In this document: positions 10,345 through 20,400 of the stretch, piece after piece
Numbering within the stretch: the first letter of the stretch is position 1
Layout of the letters: every line of letters starts with the position of its first letter
Assembly (NCBI GenBank): GCA_002104945.1
Contig: MCFH01000033.1
Location: 1 to 64,000, forward strand
Direction of reading: 5' to 3'
DNA from: Piromyces finnis finn
Lineage: Eukaryota; Fungi; Neocallimastigomycota
Length of the DNA: 64,000 nt
Made by a program: the position numbers and the translations under genes
Notes under the pieces: model-generated
The model's database searches: none
What the model was told of the DNA's origin: nothing
What the model saw: only the letters and a program-made list of their open reading frames with translations

Positions 10345-10753
10345 TGTAACGAATCATAGAAATTAGTAACCTGTCTTAGTGGTTAGTAACTAAGACCTTG
10401 GTTTGAACTACTCGAGTTCGAAACCTCATTAATATCTTTTTTTTAATTATTAAAATATTTTATAACGAAATTTTACCAAAGAAGATAATTTCTGATTGGC
10501 TTAAAAAATTAAGTTGTAAAATTTTTATAAATTTACTTTTAAAAACATTTATATAAATACGAGTGAAATTTCTCAAAAAATTATTTTGAATTCGAGTTTT
10601 TATTAACAAAGAAATTTTATAATAAAAATAAAATTATTAAACACTAACCTGTTATAATTTTGTTAAGTGTTCAATAATAAAATTTTTATTTGCTTTTATT
10701 ATTTTCCTTTTTATATATTTGTGTTTTTATTTATTGAACATTAGTTCTTTACA
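10345..10753 (+). repeat. E2 5' LTR (409 bp)
   Basis: TGTAACG...CTTTACA, repeated at 16073-16481. Confidence 0.96.
10372..10444 (+). promoter_or_regulatory. tRNA-type Pol III promoter mimic in E2 LTR (A-box, B-box, T8 terminator); also at 16100-16172
   Basis: TGTCTTAGTGGTTAG (A-box/D-loop-like), GTTCGAAAC (B-box) 44 nt after T8, and a T-run at 10437-10444. Confidence 0.7.
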
Positions 10754-10763
10754 ATAAAAACTC
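10753..10763 (+). promoter_or_regulatory. E2 self-priming PBS (Tf1/sushi type)
   Basis: AATAAAAACTC is the exact reverse complement of GAGTTTTTATT (10594-10604) in the LTR, about 35 nt downstream of TATATAAATA. Confidence 0.8.
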
Positions 10764-11455
10764 CTAAAATATATAATAACACCTTAGTGTTTAAAAAAGG
10801 AAGAATTTTTAATTTATTAAAAAATTAAGTAAGTCAGTGAAGCTTATTTTAACAATAAGGGTACTGAAAACAAAAGTAAAACCCACAGTTATTATAAGGG
10901 GAGCGCCAGGACGCTTAATTTAATAATAAAGAAAAAATTCATTTTCTAATAAAACGTTTTCTACTTTTAATAAATAAAATTAAATTTTATTTATTATTTT
11001 TGAAAAAATATTAAAATAACAAAGAAGTTAGGATTCAATACCTCCCTTAGCGTGGATAGTTGGACACCTATACGTAATACTTTGTTGTTTAGATATTATT
11101 AATAATCGGGGAATTAAACCTATTTTTTTTCTTTCCGCTTAATTAAGTAAGTGACAATAAAGAAACTAATACCGTTAATTCCTTTTATTGAAAATTTTCA
11201 TTTCCAATATTAACAATTGATAATATCTACGTTATCAACAAAGAGCTACAAGGGACCTAGTATTGAATACTAATAAAATTAAATATTTGATGGTCCAATA
11301 CTATTTAATTTGACTCTTTGTCTATATTTAAAATATTTTAATCAATAAATAATAATAAAGATTTAATTTTTTTTTTCTTTCTTAATTTCTTCAAACATAA
11401 CTTTATCTTATTTACATAATTTTTATTTTCAAACAATTATATTTTTTTAATTTTA

Positions 11456-14400
11456 ATGGAAGGACAAATATTTGATAACGCCTCACTAAAAGACGGTTTC
11501 GCAGGAGACAGAAAATATCTCAAAGGTTTCTTAGCCAAAATAGAACTTGTTTTTCTCCTTTATCCCGAAAGATATCAAGATGAAGAGAGCAAGGTTATCT
11601 ACCTGATTTCTCGCCTTTATGGAAATGCATTAAATTGGGCCGCTACGCTTATTGACAACCATGATCCATGTCTGACCAACTACCAAGCATTCAAGGAAAG
11701 ACTAAAGGCATTCTACGGGAACAATGATGCAGTCTACGTAGCCAATCAAATGCTACGTACTCTCAAGCAACATCGTTTGGGCGGCATCAGAGGATACATC
11801 CTTGAATTTAACAAATACTCTGATGAATCTAACTGGAATGAAGAGGCTAAGATGGATGCTTTTATCGCTGGGCTCAACCAAGAAGTTGCAATGAAGATAT
11901 TAGAGATGTTCCCAGGACCAAGAGATTTGTTTTCCCTCCAAACTATTGCAGCTAGAATAGACTCCAGACTTGCTACCAGGGGATTATTTTTTGACAAAAA
12001 TACTAAGGGACCAAGTTCTAATTCCAGCAATGGCTCCAGAAAGGCTTCCACAAATCTAAAAGAACATCCCAAGAAGAAAAGATACTTTGGTCCGTTATCC
12101 AAGGAAGAAAAAGAAAGAAGAAGTAAGGAAAACTTATGTGTCTATTGTGGATCTCCAGGACACCAACTGAAAGATTGTCATAAGAGAAGAAATAAAAACT
12201 CAGCATTCGAATCTTTAGTTTCTCTACAAAATAATTCTACCAATTCCAAGAAAAATCAACAAGATAGGGTAACCTCAAATTTTAAATTATCGTTTGAACT
12301 AGACACAAAAATTCTTATAGACTCCGGTTCTACACTTAATCTAATAGATGTCGACTATTGCAACGATCACAATATTCCCTACCACTATGAAGAAGATTTA
12401 CCCAACGTATTCGGTATTGGTGGTAGCCAAAAACTGTTCGGAGTTACTCCACTTCTTAATCTTCGCTACATGGATCACCTATGCCGTACTGTCTTTTACG
12501 TTACTGATCTACCTGTATATCCTTGTATTCTAGGTCTACGTTGGCTTAAGGAACATAATCCAAGTATTGACTTTGAAAATAATAAATTATCCTTTGGTTC
12601 TTCATATTGCTTGGATCATTGTATGACTCTCCCTTCGAATGTTCCCGAATTCCATCAGGAAACTTCTGTTTTTTCTACTGATTGCAATAACTCTTCTTCC
12701 GTTTCTTTGCCTATTTTTATTGACAAACCTAAATCTTCTTTTTCAAATTCTAAGTTATCTCATTCTCGTAATCCCAAAGAAAATCGTTCTAAATCTGTCT
12801 TAATTAACAATGAATCTGTTAACGATCCTTTATCACAAGAGACTTGTACTGTCATGGCTTCTAATATATCTCTTTCTAAAGTTGATTCTTGTTCACCAAA
12901 AAACTCTTTTAAAGACTCAAATCCTACTACTAAACTTCCGAAGGAATTAGAATCATATATGGACGTCTTTAGCGAATCTTCTGCTGCTCAATTACCACCT
13001 CATCGTCCTTATGATTGCCAAATAAACCTAATCGAAAATGCCAAGCTATTTTATGGACCAATCTACCCACTAACAGACGAAGAAACAAGAGTTTTGAAGG
13101 ATTATATCGATGAAAACCTCAAAAAGGGTTTCATTAGGAAATCCAAATCTCCTGCTGGTGCGCCTGTACTTTTCGTTCCTAAAAAGAATGGTGAACTCCG
13201 TCTTTGTCAAGATTATAGGGAACTCAACAAAATTACCATTAGAGATTCCTATCCTCTACCTCTGATTCAAGATATGCTAGAGCATCTTGGTAAAGCGAAA
13301 ATCTTCTCAAAATTGGATTTACGATCAGCATATAATTTGGTCCGAATCAAAAAGGGTGATGAATATAAAACAGCTTTCACCTGCAAATTCGGCCACTTTG
13401 AATACCTGGTAATGCCATTCGGACTGAAAAACGCCCCGGCTGTTTTTCAGCATTTTATCAATGATGTTCTGGAAAATATTCTAGGGATTTTTGTTTATTC
13501 ATATATTGACGATTTAATTATTTTTTCTGAAAACCATAAATCCCACATTAAGCACGTTATCGAAGTCCTGGATCGCTTAAGAAATGCTGGTCTTTATGCT
13601 AAGCTTGAAAAGTGTGAATTCTTTGTTTCCTCTATTGATTTCCTTGGTCATCGGATATCCTCTGAAGGTATACATATGGACCCCAATAAAGTTTCTGCTA
13701 TTATTAATTGGCCAGTTCCGTCCAGTGTCAAGGAAGTTCAATCTTTTATTGGCCTAGCCAACTACTATCGTCGGTTTATTCCTAATTTTGCCAAAGTTGC
13801 ACAACCCCTTCACAGACTACTTCGTAAAAACGTTAAATTTGATTTTTCCTCTGAAGCTCTTGATGCATTTAATACCATTAAATCATTAATTTCATCTGCT
13901 CCCATCCTGTCTCACCCAAATCGTGATCTTCCCTTTATTGTTGAAACCGACTCTAGCAACTTTGCTATAGGAGCAGTTCTGTCTCAAAAATCTCCTGATG
14001 ATAAAATGATCCATCCTGTCGCTTTCTATTCAAGATCTCTTACTTCCGCTGAAAGAAACTATCCTATATACGATAAAGAACTTTTAGCTATTGTTAATGC
14101 TCTTGAAACTTGGCGACATTTTCTCAAAGGTGCTTTAACCCCGTTTACTATTTATTCAGATCATCGAAACTTACTATATCAAAAGAAACCGGAAAAAATG
14201 TCACAACGTCTTGTTCGTTGGGCCCTTTTCCTTTCCGAATTTAACTTTAAAATTCTCTACCGCTCTGGTTCATCTAATGGTAAACCTGATGCGCTTTCAC
14301 GAAGACCTGATTATATGGATTCCTCTCTTCCTTCTGATGCTCCTTTTTCGGTTTTACGCCCTGAGAATTTCTGCGCTTTGATTTGTTCCATTTCTTCTCT

Positions 14401-15820
14401 TAATGATGAAATATTATCTGAATATGTGAACGACTCTTTTTACATTGACATTTGCAATTTTCTTGAAAATAAGAATCTCCCAGCTCCACATCCACAAAGT
14501 AATAAATTCTCCCTTAGTAATAGTTTTCTTCTTTTTGATAGTAGAATCTATGTCCCTTTAAAATGCCGTCCCTCCGTTTTGAAACTCTGTCATGATTCCC
14601 CCTCTGCCGGTCATTTTGGTATCCGCAAAACTATTTCTTTGATCTCTCGTGACTTTTGGTGGCCATCCATTTCTATTGATGTTAAGAATTATATCCGATC
14701 TTGCGAGATTTGTTGCCGCTCCAAGCCTTCTCGTCATAAACCATATGGTTTACTTCAACCCCTTGAGATTAGTGACCATCCTTGGGCTTCTATTTCTATG
14801 GATTTCATTACTGACCTCCCTCCTTCGGATGGATTTAACACTATTCTTGTTGTAGTTGACCGCCTTACTAAAATGTGCCACCTCATTCCCTTTAAAGGTA
14901 TTCCTTCTGCTTCTGATACTGCTTTTGCTTTTTTGAATTATATTTTCAAAATTCACGGTCTCCCCTCTGAAATTATTTCCGATAGAGGCGCGCAATTCAC
15001 TTCGAAATTTTGGAAATCTATTTGTCAATCTTTGGACGTCAATGTTAAATATTCTTCACCATATCATCATCAATCCAATGGCCAAACGGAGAGGGTAAAC
15101 TCCGTTGTTGAACAATATTTAAGATGCTTTTCTAATTATAAAGGAACAAACTGGATCAACTTTCTTCCATTGGCAGAATTCAGTTACAATAATGCTGTTC
15201 AAGACTCAACAAAATTCTCACCATTCTTCCTAAATTATGGTTATCACCCAAAATACTCTCCGGTAATTCCTGACCAAACGAATGTTCCAAGAGCTGAAGA
15301 GTTTACAAGAGACTTTGAAGACCTAATGGAGAAACTAAAAGAAAACTTAAAGAAGGCCATCCAAGTTCAAAAGAAATATGCCGACAAGTATAGACAAGAA
15401 CCTCCGACATTCAAGACTGGTGACAAAGTATGGTTGGATAGCTCCTTGATAATTCATAAAGGAAATAAAAAATTTAATCCTAGGAAACTTGGCCCGTTTA
15501 GGATAATTAGTAAAATCTCTAATCTCACTTATAAATTAGAATTACCAAAATCGCTGAAGATTTACCCAATTGTTCATGTTTCAAACCTAGAACCGTATTA
15601 TGAAGATAGTTTTGGAAGAATCAAAGATCCACCTCCACCTATAATAGTAAATGAAGAAGAAGAATACGAAGTAGAAGAAATACTTGATAAAAGAAAGCAT
15701 TATGGGAAGATTCAATATCTAATAAAATGGAAAGGTTATCCGCTTTCAGAAGCATCTTGGGAACCTGAAAGTAATTTAAACTGCGATGAACTAATTAAAA
15801 ACTTTAATAATTCACATTAG
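11456..15820 (+). CDS. E2 gag-pol polyprotein with C-terminal chromodomain
   Basis: Retrotransposon gag, CVYCGSPGHQLKDC knuckle, LIDSGS protease, YIDDLII RT, RNase H, integrase, and [20 protein letters not shown] chromodomain; 1454 aa with no stops. Confidence 0.96.
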   Translation: MEGQIFDNASLKDGFAGDRKYLKGFLAKIELVFLLYPERYQDEESKVIYLISRLYGNALNWAATLIDNHDPCLTNYQAFKERLKAFYGNNDAVYVANQMLRTLKQHRLGGIRGYILEFNKYSDESNWNEEAKMDAFIAGLNQEVAMKILEMFPGPRDLFSLQTIAARIDSRLATRGLFFDKNTKGPSSNSSNGSRKASTNLKEHPKKKRYFGPLSKEEKERRSKENLCVYCGSPGHQLKDCHKRRNKNSAFESLVSLQNNSTNSKKNQQDRVTSNFKLSFELDTKILIDSGSTLNLIDVDYCNDHNIPYHYEEDLPNVFGIGGSQKLFGVTPLLNLRYMDHLCRTVFYVTDLPVYPCILGLRWLKEHNPSIDFENNKLSFGSSYCLDHCMTLPSNVPEFHQETSVFSTDCNNSSSVSLPIFIDKPKSSFSNSKLSHSRNPKENRSKSVLINNESVNDPLSQETCTVMASNISLSKVDSCSPKNSFKDSNPTTKLPKELESYMDVFSESSAAQLPPHRPYDCQINLIENAKLFYGPIYPLTDEETRVLKDYIDENLKKGFIRKSKSPAGAPVLFVPKKNGELRLCQDYRELNKITIRDSYPLPLIQDMLEHLGKAKIFSKLDLRSAYNLVRIKKGDEYKTAFTCKFGHFEYLVMPFGLKNAPAVFQHFINDVLENILGIFVYSYIDDLIIFSENHKSHIKHVIEVLDRLRNAGLYAKLEKCEFFVSSIDFLGHRISSEGIHMDPNKVSAIINWPVPSSVKEVQSFIGLANYYRRFIPNFAKVAQPLHRLLRKNVKFDFSSEALDAFNTIKSLISSAPILSHPNRDLPFIVETDSSNFAIGAVLSQKSPDDKMIHPVAFYSRSLTSAERNYPIYDKELLAIVNALETWRHFLKGALTPFTIYSDHRNLLYQKKPEKMSQRLVRWALFLSEFNFKILYRSGSSNGKPDALSRRPDYMDSSLPSDAPFSVLRPENFCALICSISSLNDEILSEYVNDSFYIDICNFLENKNLPAPHPQSNKFSLSNSFLLFDSRIYVPLKCRPSVLKLCHDSPSAGHFGIRKTISLISRDFWWPSISIDVKNYIRSCEICCRSKPSRHKPYGLLQPLEISDHPWASISMDFITDLPPSDGFNTILVVVDRLTKMCHLIPFKGIPSASDTAFAFLNYIFKIHGLPSEIISDRGAQFTSKFWKSICQSLDVNVKYSSPYHHQSNGQTERVNSVVEQYLRCFSNYKGTNWINFLPLAEFSYNNAVQDSTKFSPFFLNYGYHPKYSPVIPDQTNVPRAEEFTRDFEDLMEKLKENLKKAIQVQKKYADKYRQEPPTFKTGDKVWLDSSLIIHKGNKKFNPRKLGPFRIISKISNLTYKLELPKSLKIYPIVHVSNLEPYYEDSFGRIKDPPPPIIVNEEEEYEVEEILDKRKHYGKIQYLIKWKGYPLSEASWEPESNLNCDELIKNFNNSH

Positions 15821-15923
15821 TAATAGTTATTAATTTAAAAAAAAATTAGTAATTGATAAGAGAAAAAGAGAATAGAAAATAGAAAATAGAAAATGAAAAA
15901 ATATATTTATAATTTAATATTCA

Positions 15924-15974
<51 letters not shown>

Positions 15975-16060
15975 TTCAAAATGTATTCACTCGTTTCAAT
16001 TATTTCTTTTATAATAAAGTAACAAATAAATTTAGTTGATTCGTCTGGTATCCGAATCCT

Positions 16061-16069
16061 GGAGGAGGA
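16061..16069 (+). promoter_or_regulatory. E2 polypurine tract
   Basis: GGAGGAGGA just upstream of the 3' LTR. Confidence 0.8.
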
Positions 16070-16072
16070 CCA

Positions 16073-16481
16073 TGTAACGAATCATAGAAATTAGTAACCT
16101 GTCTTAGTGGTTAGTAACTAAGACCTTGGTTTGAACTACTCGAGTTCGAAACCTCATTAATATCTTTTTTTTAATTATTAAAATATTTTATAACGAAATT
16201 TTACCAAAGAAGATAATTTCTGATTGGCTTAAAAAATTAAGTTGTAAAATTTTTATAAATTTACTTTTAAAAACATTTATATAAATACGAGTGAAATTTC
16301 TCAAAAAATTATTTTGAATTCGAGTTTTTATTAACAAAGAAATTTTATAATAAAAATAAAATTATTAAACACTAACCTGTTATAATTTTGTTAAGTGTTC
16401 AATAATAAAATTTTTATTTGCTTTTATTATTTTCCTTTTTATATATTTGTGTTTTTATTTATTGAACATTAGTTCTTTACA
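16073..16481 (+). repeat. E2 3' LTR (409 bp)
   Basis: Same length as, and apparently identical to, 10345-10753. Confidence 0.96.
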
Positions 16482-16494
16482 CTTATATCAGAAT

Positions 16495-17044
16495 CTATTA
16501 GATAATTAATATTGTCTTAATGGTTAGTATTTAAGACATTAATCTGGATCACTCGGGTTCGACTCACACCTTGATCCGAAATCTATTTAAGATTATTTAT
16601 TTAACAATTTAATTTATGACTCATAGAAACTTATAGAACTTATTCGAAAAAGAATAAGTTCGAATATTCGAAAAATCAAATATTTTTTGTAATTTTATCA
16701 CGGGATTCATTTTATGCAATTTTTAATTAATTTAAAGAACAATCTAGAAAGATAATTAAAATTTTTGATTTAGCCACATCAGATTTAGAAAAAGTATAAA
16801 TAGAAGTGGTTTGAATCGAAAATTAAAAAATTGTGTTTTTATTAACTATTAACTTTTAACTTTTAAATTTTTAAAAAAAAAAAAAAAAAAAAAAAAATAT
16901 TTATTATTAAAAAATAATTTAAATAAAAAATAATTAAAAAATTTTAATAAATAAAATTAATTGACTTATTGGGATCAAAATTATTATCTATATAAAGTTT
17001 ATTAATTACCACATTATTAAATATTTATATAGATACGCGTTACA
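16495..17044 (+). repeat. Remainder of E3 5' LTR (about 560 bp total with 3269-3278)
   Basis: Homologous to E2's LTR head (GTCTTAATGGTTAGTATTTAAGAC..GGGTTCGACTC); ends TACA followed by the same ATAAAAAC PBS motif. Confidence 0.85.
16513..16565 (+). promoter_or_regulatory. tRNA-type Pol III promoter mimic in E3 LTR
   Basis: TGTCTTAATGGTTAG A-box-like and GGTTCGACTC B-box, with the same 44-nt T8-to-G53 spacing as in E2. Confidence 0.7.
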
Positions 17045-17054
17045 ATAAAAACAC
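17044..17054 (+). promoter_or_regulatory. E3 self-priming PBS
   Basis: AATAAAAACAC is complementary to GTGTTTTTATT (16833-16843), about 30 nt after TATAAATA. Confidence 0.8.
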
Positions 17055-17260
17055 CAGTTGTAACATATTCCCTTTACCTTAATTAATTTGTTTATTTTTC
17101 CTACCTGTTATAGTGTCTACCCTTGGTTTAAATATCCACTTGTATATTAGTATCTACCTGACTTTTGTACTTTTCTGTTTTGCTACTTTAGATACTACTT
17201 CTGTTTACTCCTTTATTATTTCTCTAGGCAATAGACACTACCTTTGTATATTGTTTTACA

Positions 17261-17360
17261 ACTCTTTCGGACTCTCTCGGACTCTTTTGGACTCTTTTGG
17301 ACTCTTTTGGACTCTTTTGGACTCTTTTGGACTCTCTTGGACTCTCTTGGACTCTCTTGG
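17261..17360 (+). repeat. 10-bp tandem repeat ACTCTYTYGG x10 in the E3 leader
   Basis: Direct reading of the sequence. Confidence 0.95.
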
Positions 17361-17416
17361 ATATATTATACGATTAAATTGAATTAAAATTAGATATTTT
17401 CAATAAAATAAAGAAT

Positions 17417-20400
17417 ATGGATGAAGAATTGATGAACCATGCTACGTTGAAGGATGGTTTCGCTGGAAATCGTCGTTTCTTTAAGGGTTTTCTCGCTAAA
17501 ATAGAATTAATCTTTATGGTCTACCCAGAGCGCTACGCGGATGACGAAGCAAAAATCGTCTATATTATTTCAAGACTATATGGTGAAGCCTTGAATTGGG
17601 CTGCATCATTAATTCACAACCATGACGAATGCCTATTAAATTATGACTCATTTGTTGCAAAGCTTAAATCTGTGTTTGGCAACAACGACTCAACATTTGT
17701 GGCTAATCAAAAGCTTCGAACTATAAAGCAAAGGAAAATCGGAGAAATTCAAAAATATATTCTTGAATTTAACCGATACTCTGATGACTCCTCTTGGAAC
17801 GAAAGTGCAAAAATGGACGCCTTCTTAGCTGGACTACAAGATCAAGTCGCCAATAGAATTTTAGAAATGTTTCCCGGTCCACAAACGCTACTAAATTTAC
17901 AAGTTATAGCATCAAGAATCGATTCTAGAATCGATACCAATAGAAGATTTTTCAACAACAATCACTCTAATAGCACCAATCAAAACCGAAGAACTGAAGC
18001 AAATAGAAAACCTTTCACTTCGAGAAATAAGAAAACTTACGGACCGCTTACCTCAGAAGAAAAGGCTAGAAGAATTAAGGAGAATCTCTGTTTATATTGT
18101 GGTTCTCCAGATCACAAGTTAAACAACTGTCCAAAAAGAAGTAAAAATGAAAAAACAGCTGGGACTCATATTTCTAATTCTATGCCTGAAAAGAAACCTA
18201 GAATAAGATTCTCCGATAATCCCCATTTGAAACAACCAGTTTTTGAGTTCCAACTCAATACTTCCGACGTCTCCGTTAACACTAAACTACTAATTGATTC
18301 AGGATCCCAACTTAACCTAATAGATGTGGTCTTTGCAGAAGAAAACAACATTCCTTTTGATAAATCCGTCTCTCTCGACAAAATCTCTGGTATTGGTGGG
18401 GAACAACTAGTTTTAGGTAAATCCATCCCAATTTCAATTAAATACAAAAACCACCAATGTAAAACTATATTTTATATTGTAGACCTCCCGGGATATTGTG
18501 GTATCTTAGGTGCTGAATGGTTACATCAGCACAACCCTATTATTAACTTCGTTGAAAAAGAATTATCTTTTAATTCAAATTTCTGTTTGTCACATTGCTC
18601 TGTCATTCCAAATGTTGCCCCTACTTATGTTATTTCTTCTATTTCTAATGATTCCAAACCTTCTTGTAGCACTTCAACCAATTCTTATATCCATGATTCT
18701 GTAACAAATCTTCCAAAAAGTCAAGATTCCACCACTAACACTTCTAGTAATCAAGAAGTTATTCTACCCGCTGAACTTCAAGCCTTTGAAGATGTATTTA
18801 ATGAAAAAGCCGCTGAACAATTGCCGCCACATAGGCAATACGATTGTGAAATCCGTCTTAAGCCGGACTCCAAACTTTTCTATGGACCAATTTATCCTTT
18901 AACGGATAAAGAATCAATGGTATTGAAGGAATACATTGATGAAAATTTGCGAAAAGGTTTCATCAGACCTTCGAAGTCTCCGGCTGGTGCCCCAGTGCTT
19001 TTTGTCCCGAAGAAAAATGGTGAACTACGTCTATGTCAAGATTATAGGAAATTAAACGAAATCACAATCCGTGATTCATACCCTTTACCATTAATTAATG
19101 ACATGTTGGAACATCTAGGTAAAAGCAACATCTTCTCCAAACTTGATTTAAGATCCGCTTATAATCTTGTGAGGATCAAAGAAGGTGATGAATTCAAAAC
19201 TGCTTTTACTTGCAAATATGGACACTTTGAATATACTGTAATGCCGTTTGGTTTGAAAAACGCACCTGCAGTATTTCAACATTTCATTAATGATGTGCTT
19301 GAGGGAATCTTGGGAATATTTGTCTTTAGTTATATTGATGACTTAATAATTTTCTCGGAAAATTTTAAAACCCATGTAATCCAGGTTAAAGAAGTACTTA
19401 AAAGACTTAGAAAAGCGGGACTTTACGCAAAACTTGAAAATGTGAGTTCTTTGTCCCATTTATCGATTTCTTAGGTCATCGTATATCTTCTGAAGGTATT
19501 TTAATGGATCCAAAGAAAATTGCATCTATCTTGGAATGGCCAACTCCTAAAAGCGTTAAAGAGGTTCAAGCGTTTCTTGGGTTAGCTAATTATTATAGAA
19601 GATTCATTGCCGGTTTTGCTGAGATCGCACAACCACTGAATGCGTTACTTAAGAAGGATGTTAAATTCTGCTTCTCTCATCAGTGTGAAAATTCTTTTAG
19701 TTTAATCAAATCCAAATTTGCTTCTTCCCCTGTTCTTGCATACCCGAATCGTGATATACCTTTCATAGTTGAAACGGATGCAAGTAATTTCGCTATAGGA
19801 GCAATCCTTTCACAAACGAATCCAAAAGACAAGTCGGTTCATCCAGTGGCATTTTTCTCTAGATCGCTTAGTTCTTCTGAAAGGAACTATCCGATCTACG
19901 ATAAAGAACTTTTAGCAATTGTAGCTGCTTTAGAAACTTGGCGACATCTACTCAAAGGAACTACTCAGCCTTTCAAGATTTTCTCGGATCATAGAAATTT
20001 GCTCTACCAGAAGAAACCCGAAAAAATGACTCAAAGATTAGTTCGTTGGTCTCTGTTCCTTGCCGAGTTTAACTTTATCATCGTTTATCGGTCGGGTTCT
20101 GCTAATGGTAAACCTGACGCTTTATCTAGAAGACCAGATTACTTAGAAAATTTTAAGTATAACAATGACATTCCAAATTCCGTCCTTAGACCCGAAAACT
20201 TTTGTGCCATGGTTCTGGATAACAATCCCCTTATGGATAAAATCATTTCAAATAGCAAAGATGATAAATTTTACTTTGAAGTATGCAAATATTTAGAAAC
20301 TCAAATTCCCCCAGTCCCTCATTCGCAAATCGAAAACTTTAAAATTCAAGATGGTGTATTATTATTCAATAATAGGATCTATGTCCCCCAAGATTGTCGT

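Larger units (their letters stand above)
10345..16481 (+). mobile_element. E2: intact Ty3/gypsy chromovirus with 5-bp TSD CTTAT
   Basis: Two 409-bp LTRs that appear identical, a single uninterrupted gag-pol ORF, a PPT, and CTTAT at 10340-10344 and 16482-16486. Confidence 0.96.
3279..16490 (-). mobile_element. E1: full-length Ty3/gypsy element without chromodomain, 4-bp TSD GAAT, 5' LTR interrupted by E2
   Basis: Paired ~648-bp LTRs with TG..CA ends, gag and pol on the minus strand, tRNA-type PBS, GAAT at both flanks. Confidence 0.93.

Noticed and set aside
10365-10440. True tRNA gene inside the LTRs
   Set aside because: The T-stem, acceptor stem and anticodon arm do not pair; only the promoter boxes are tRNA-like, so it is reported as a mimic.
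17261-17360. CRISPR-like array
   Set aside because: Contiguous 10-bp units without spacers in eukaryotic DNA; the same applies to the 42-bp array at 27041.
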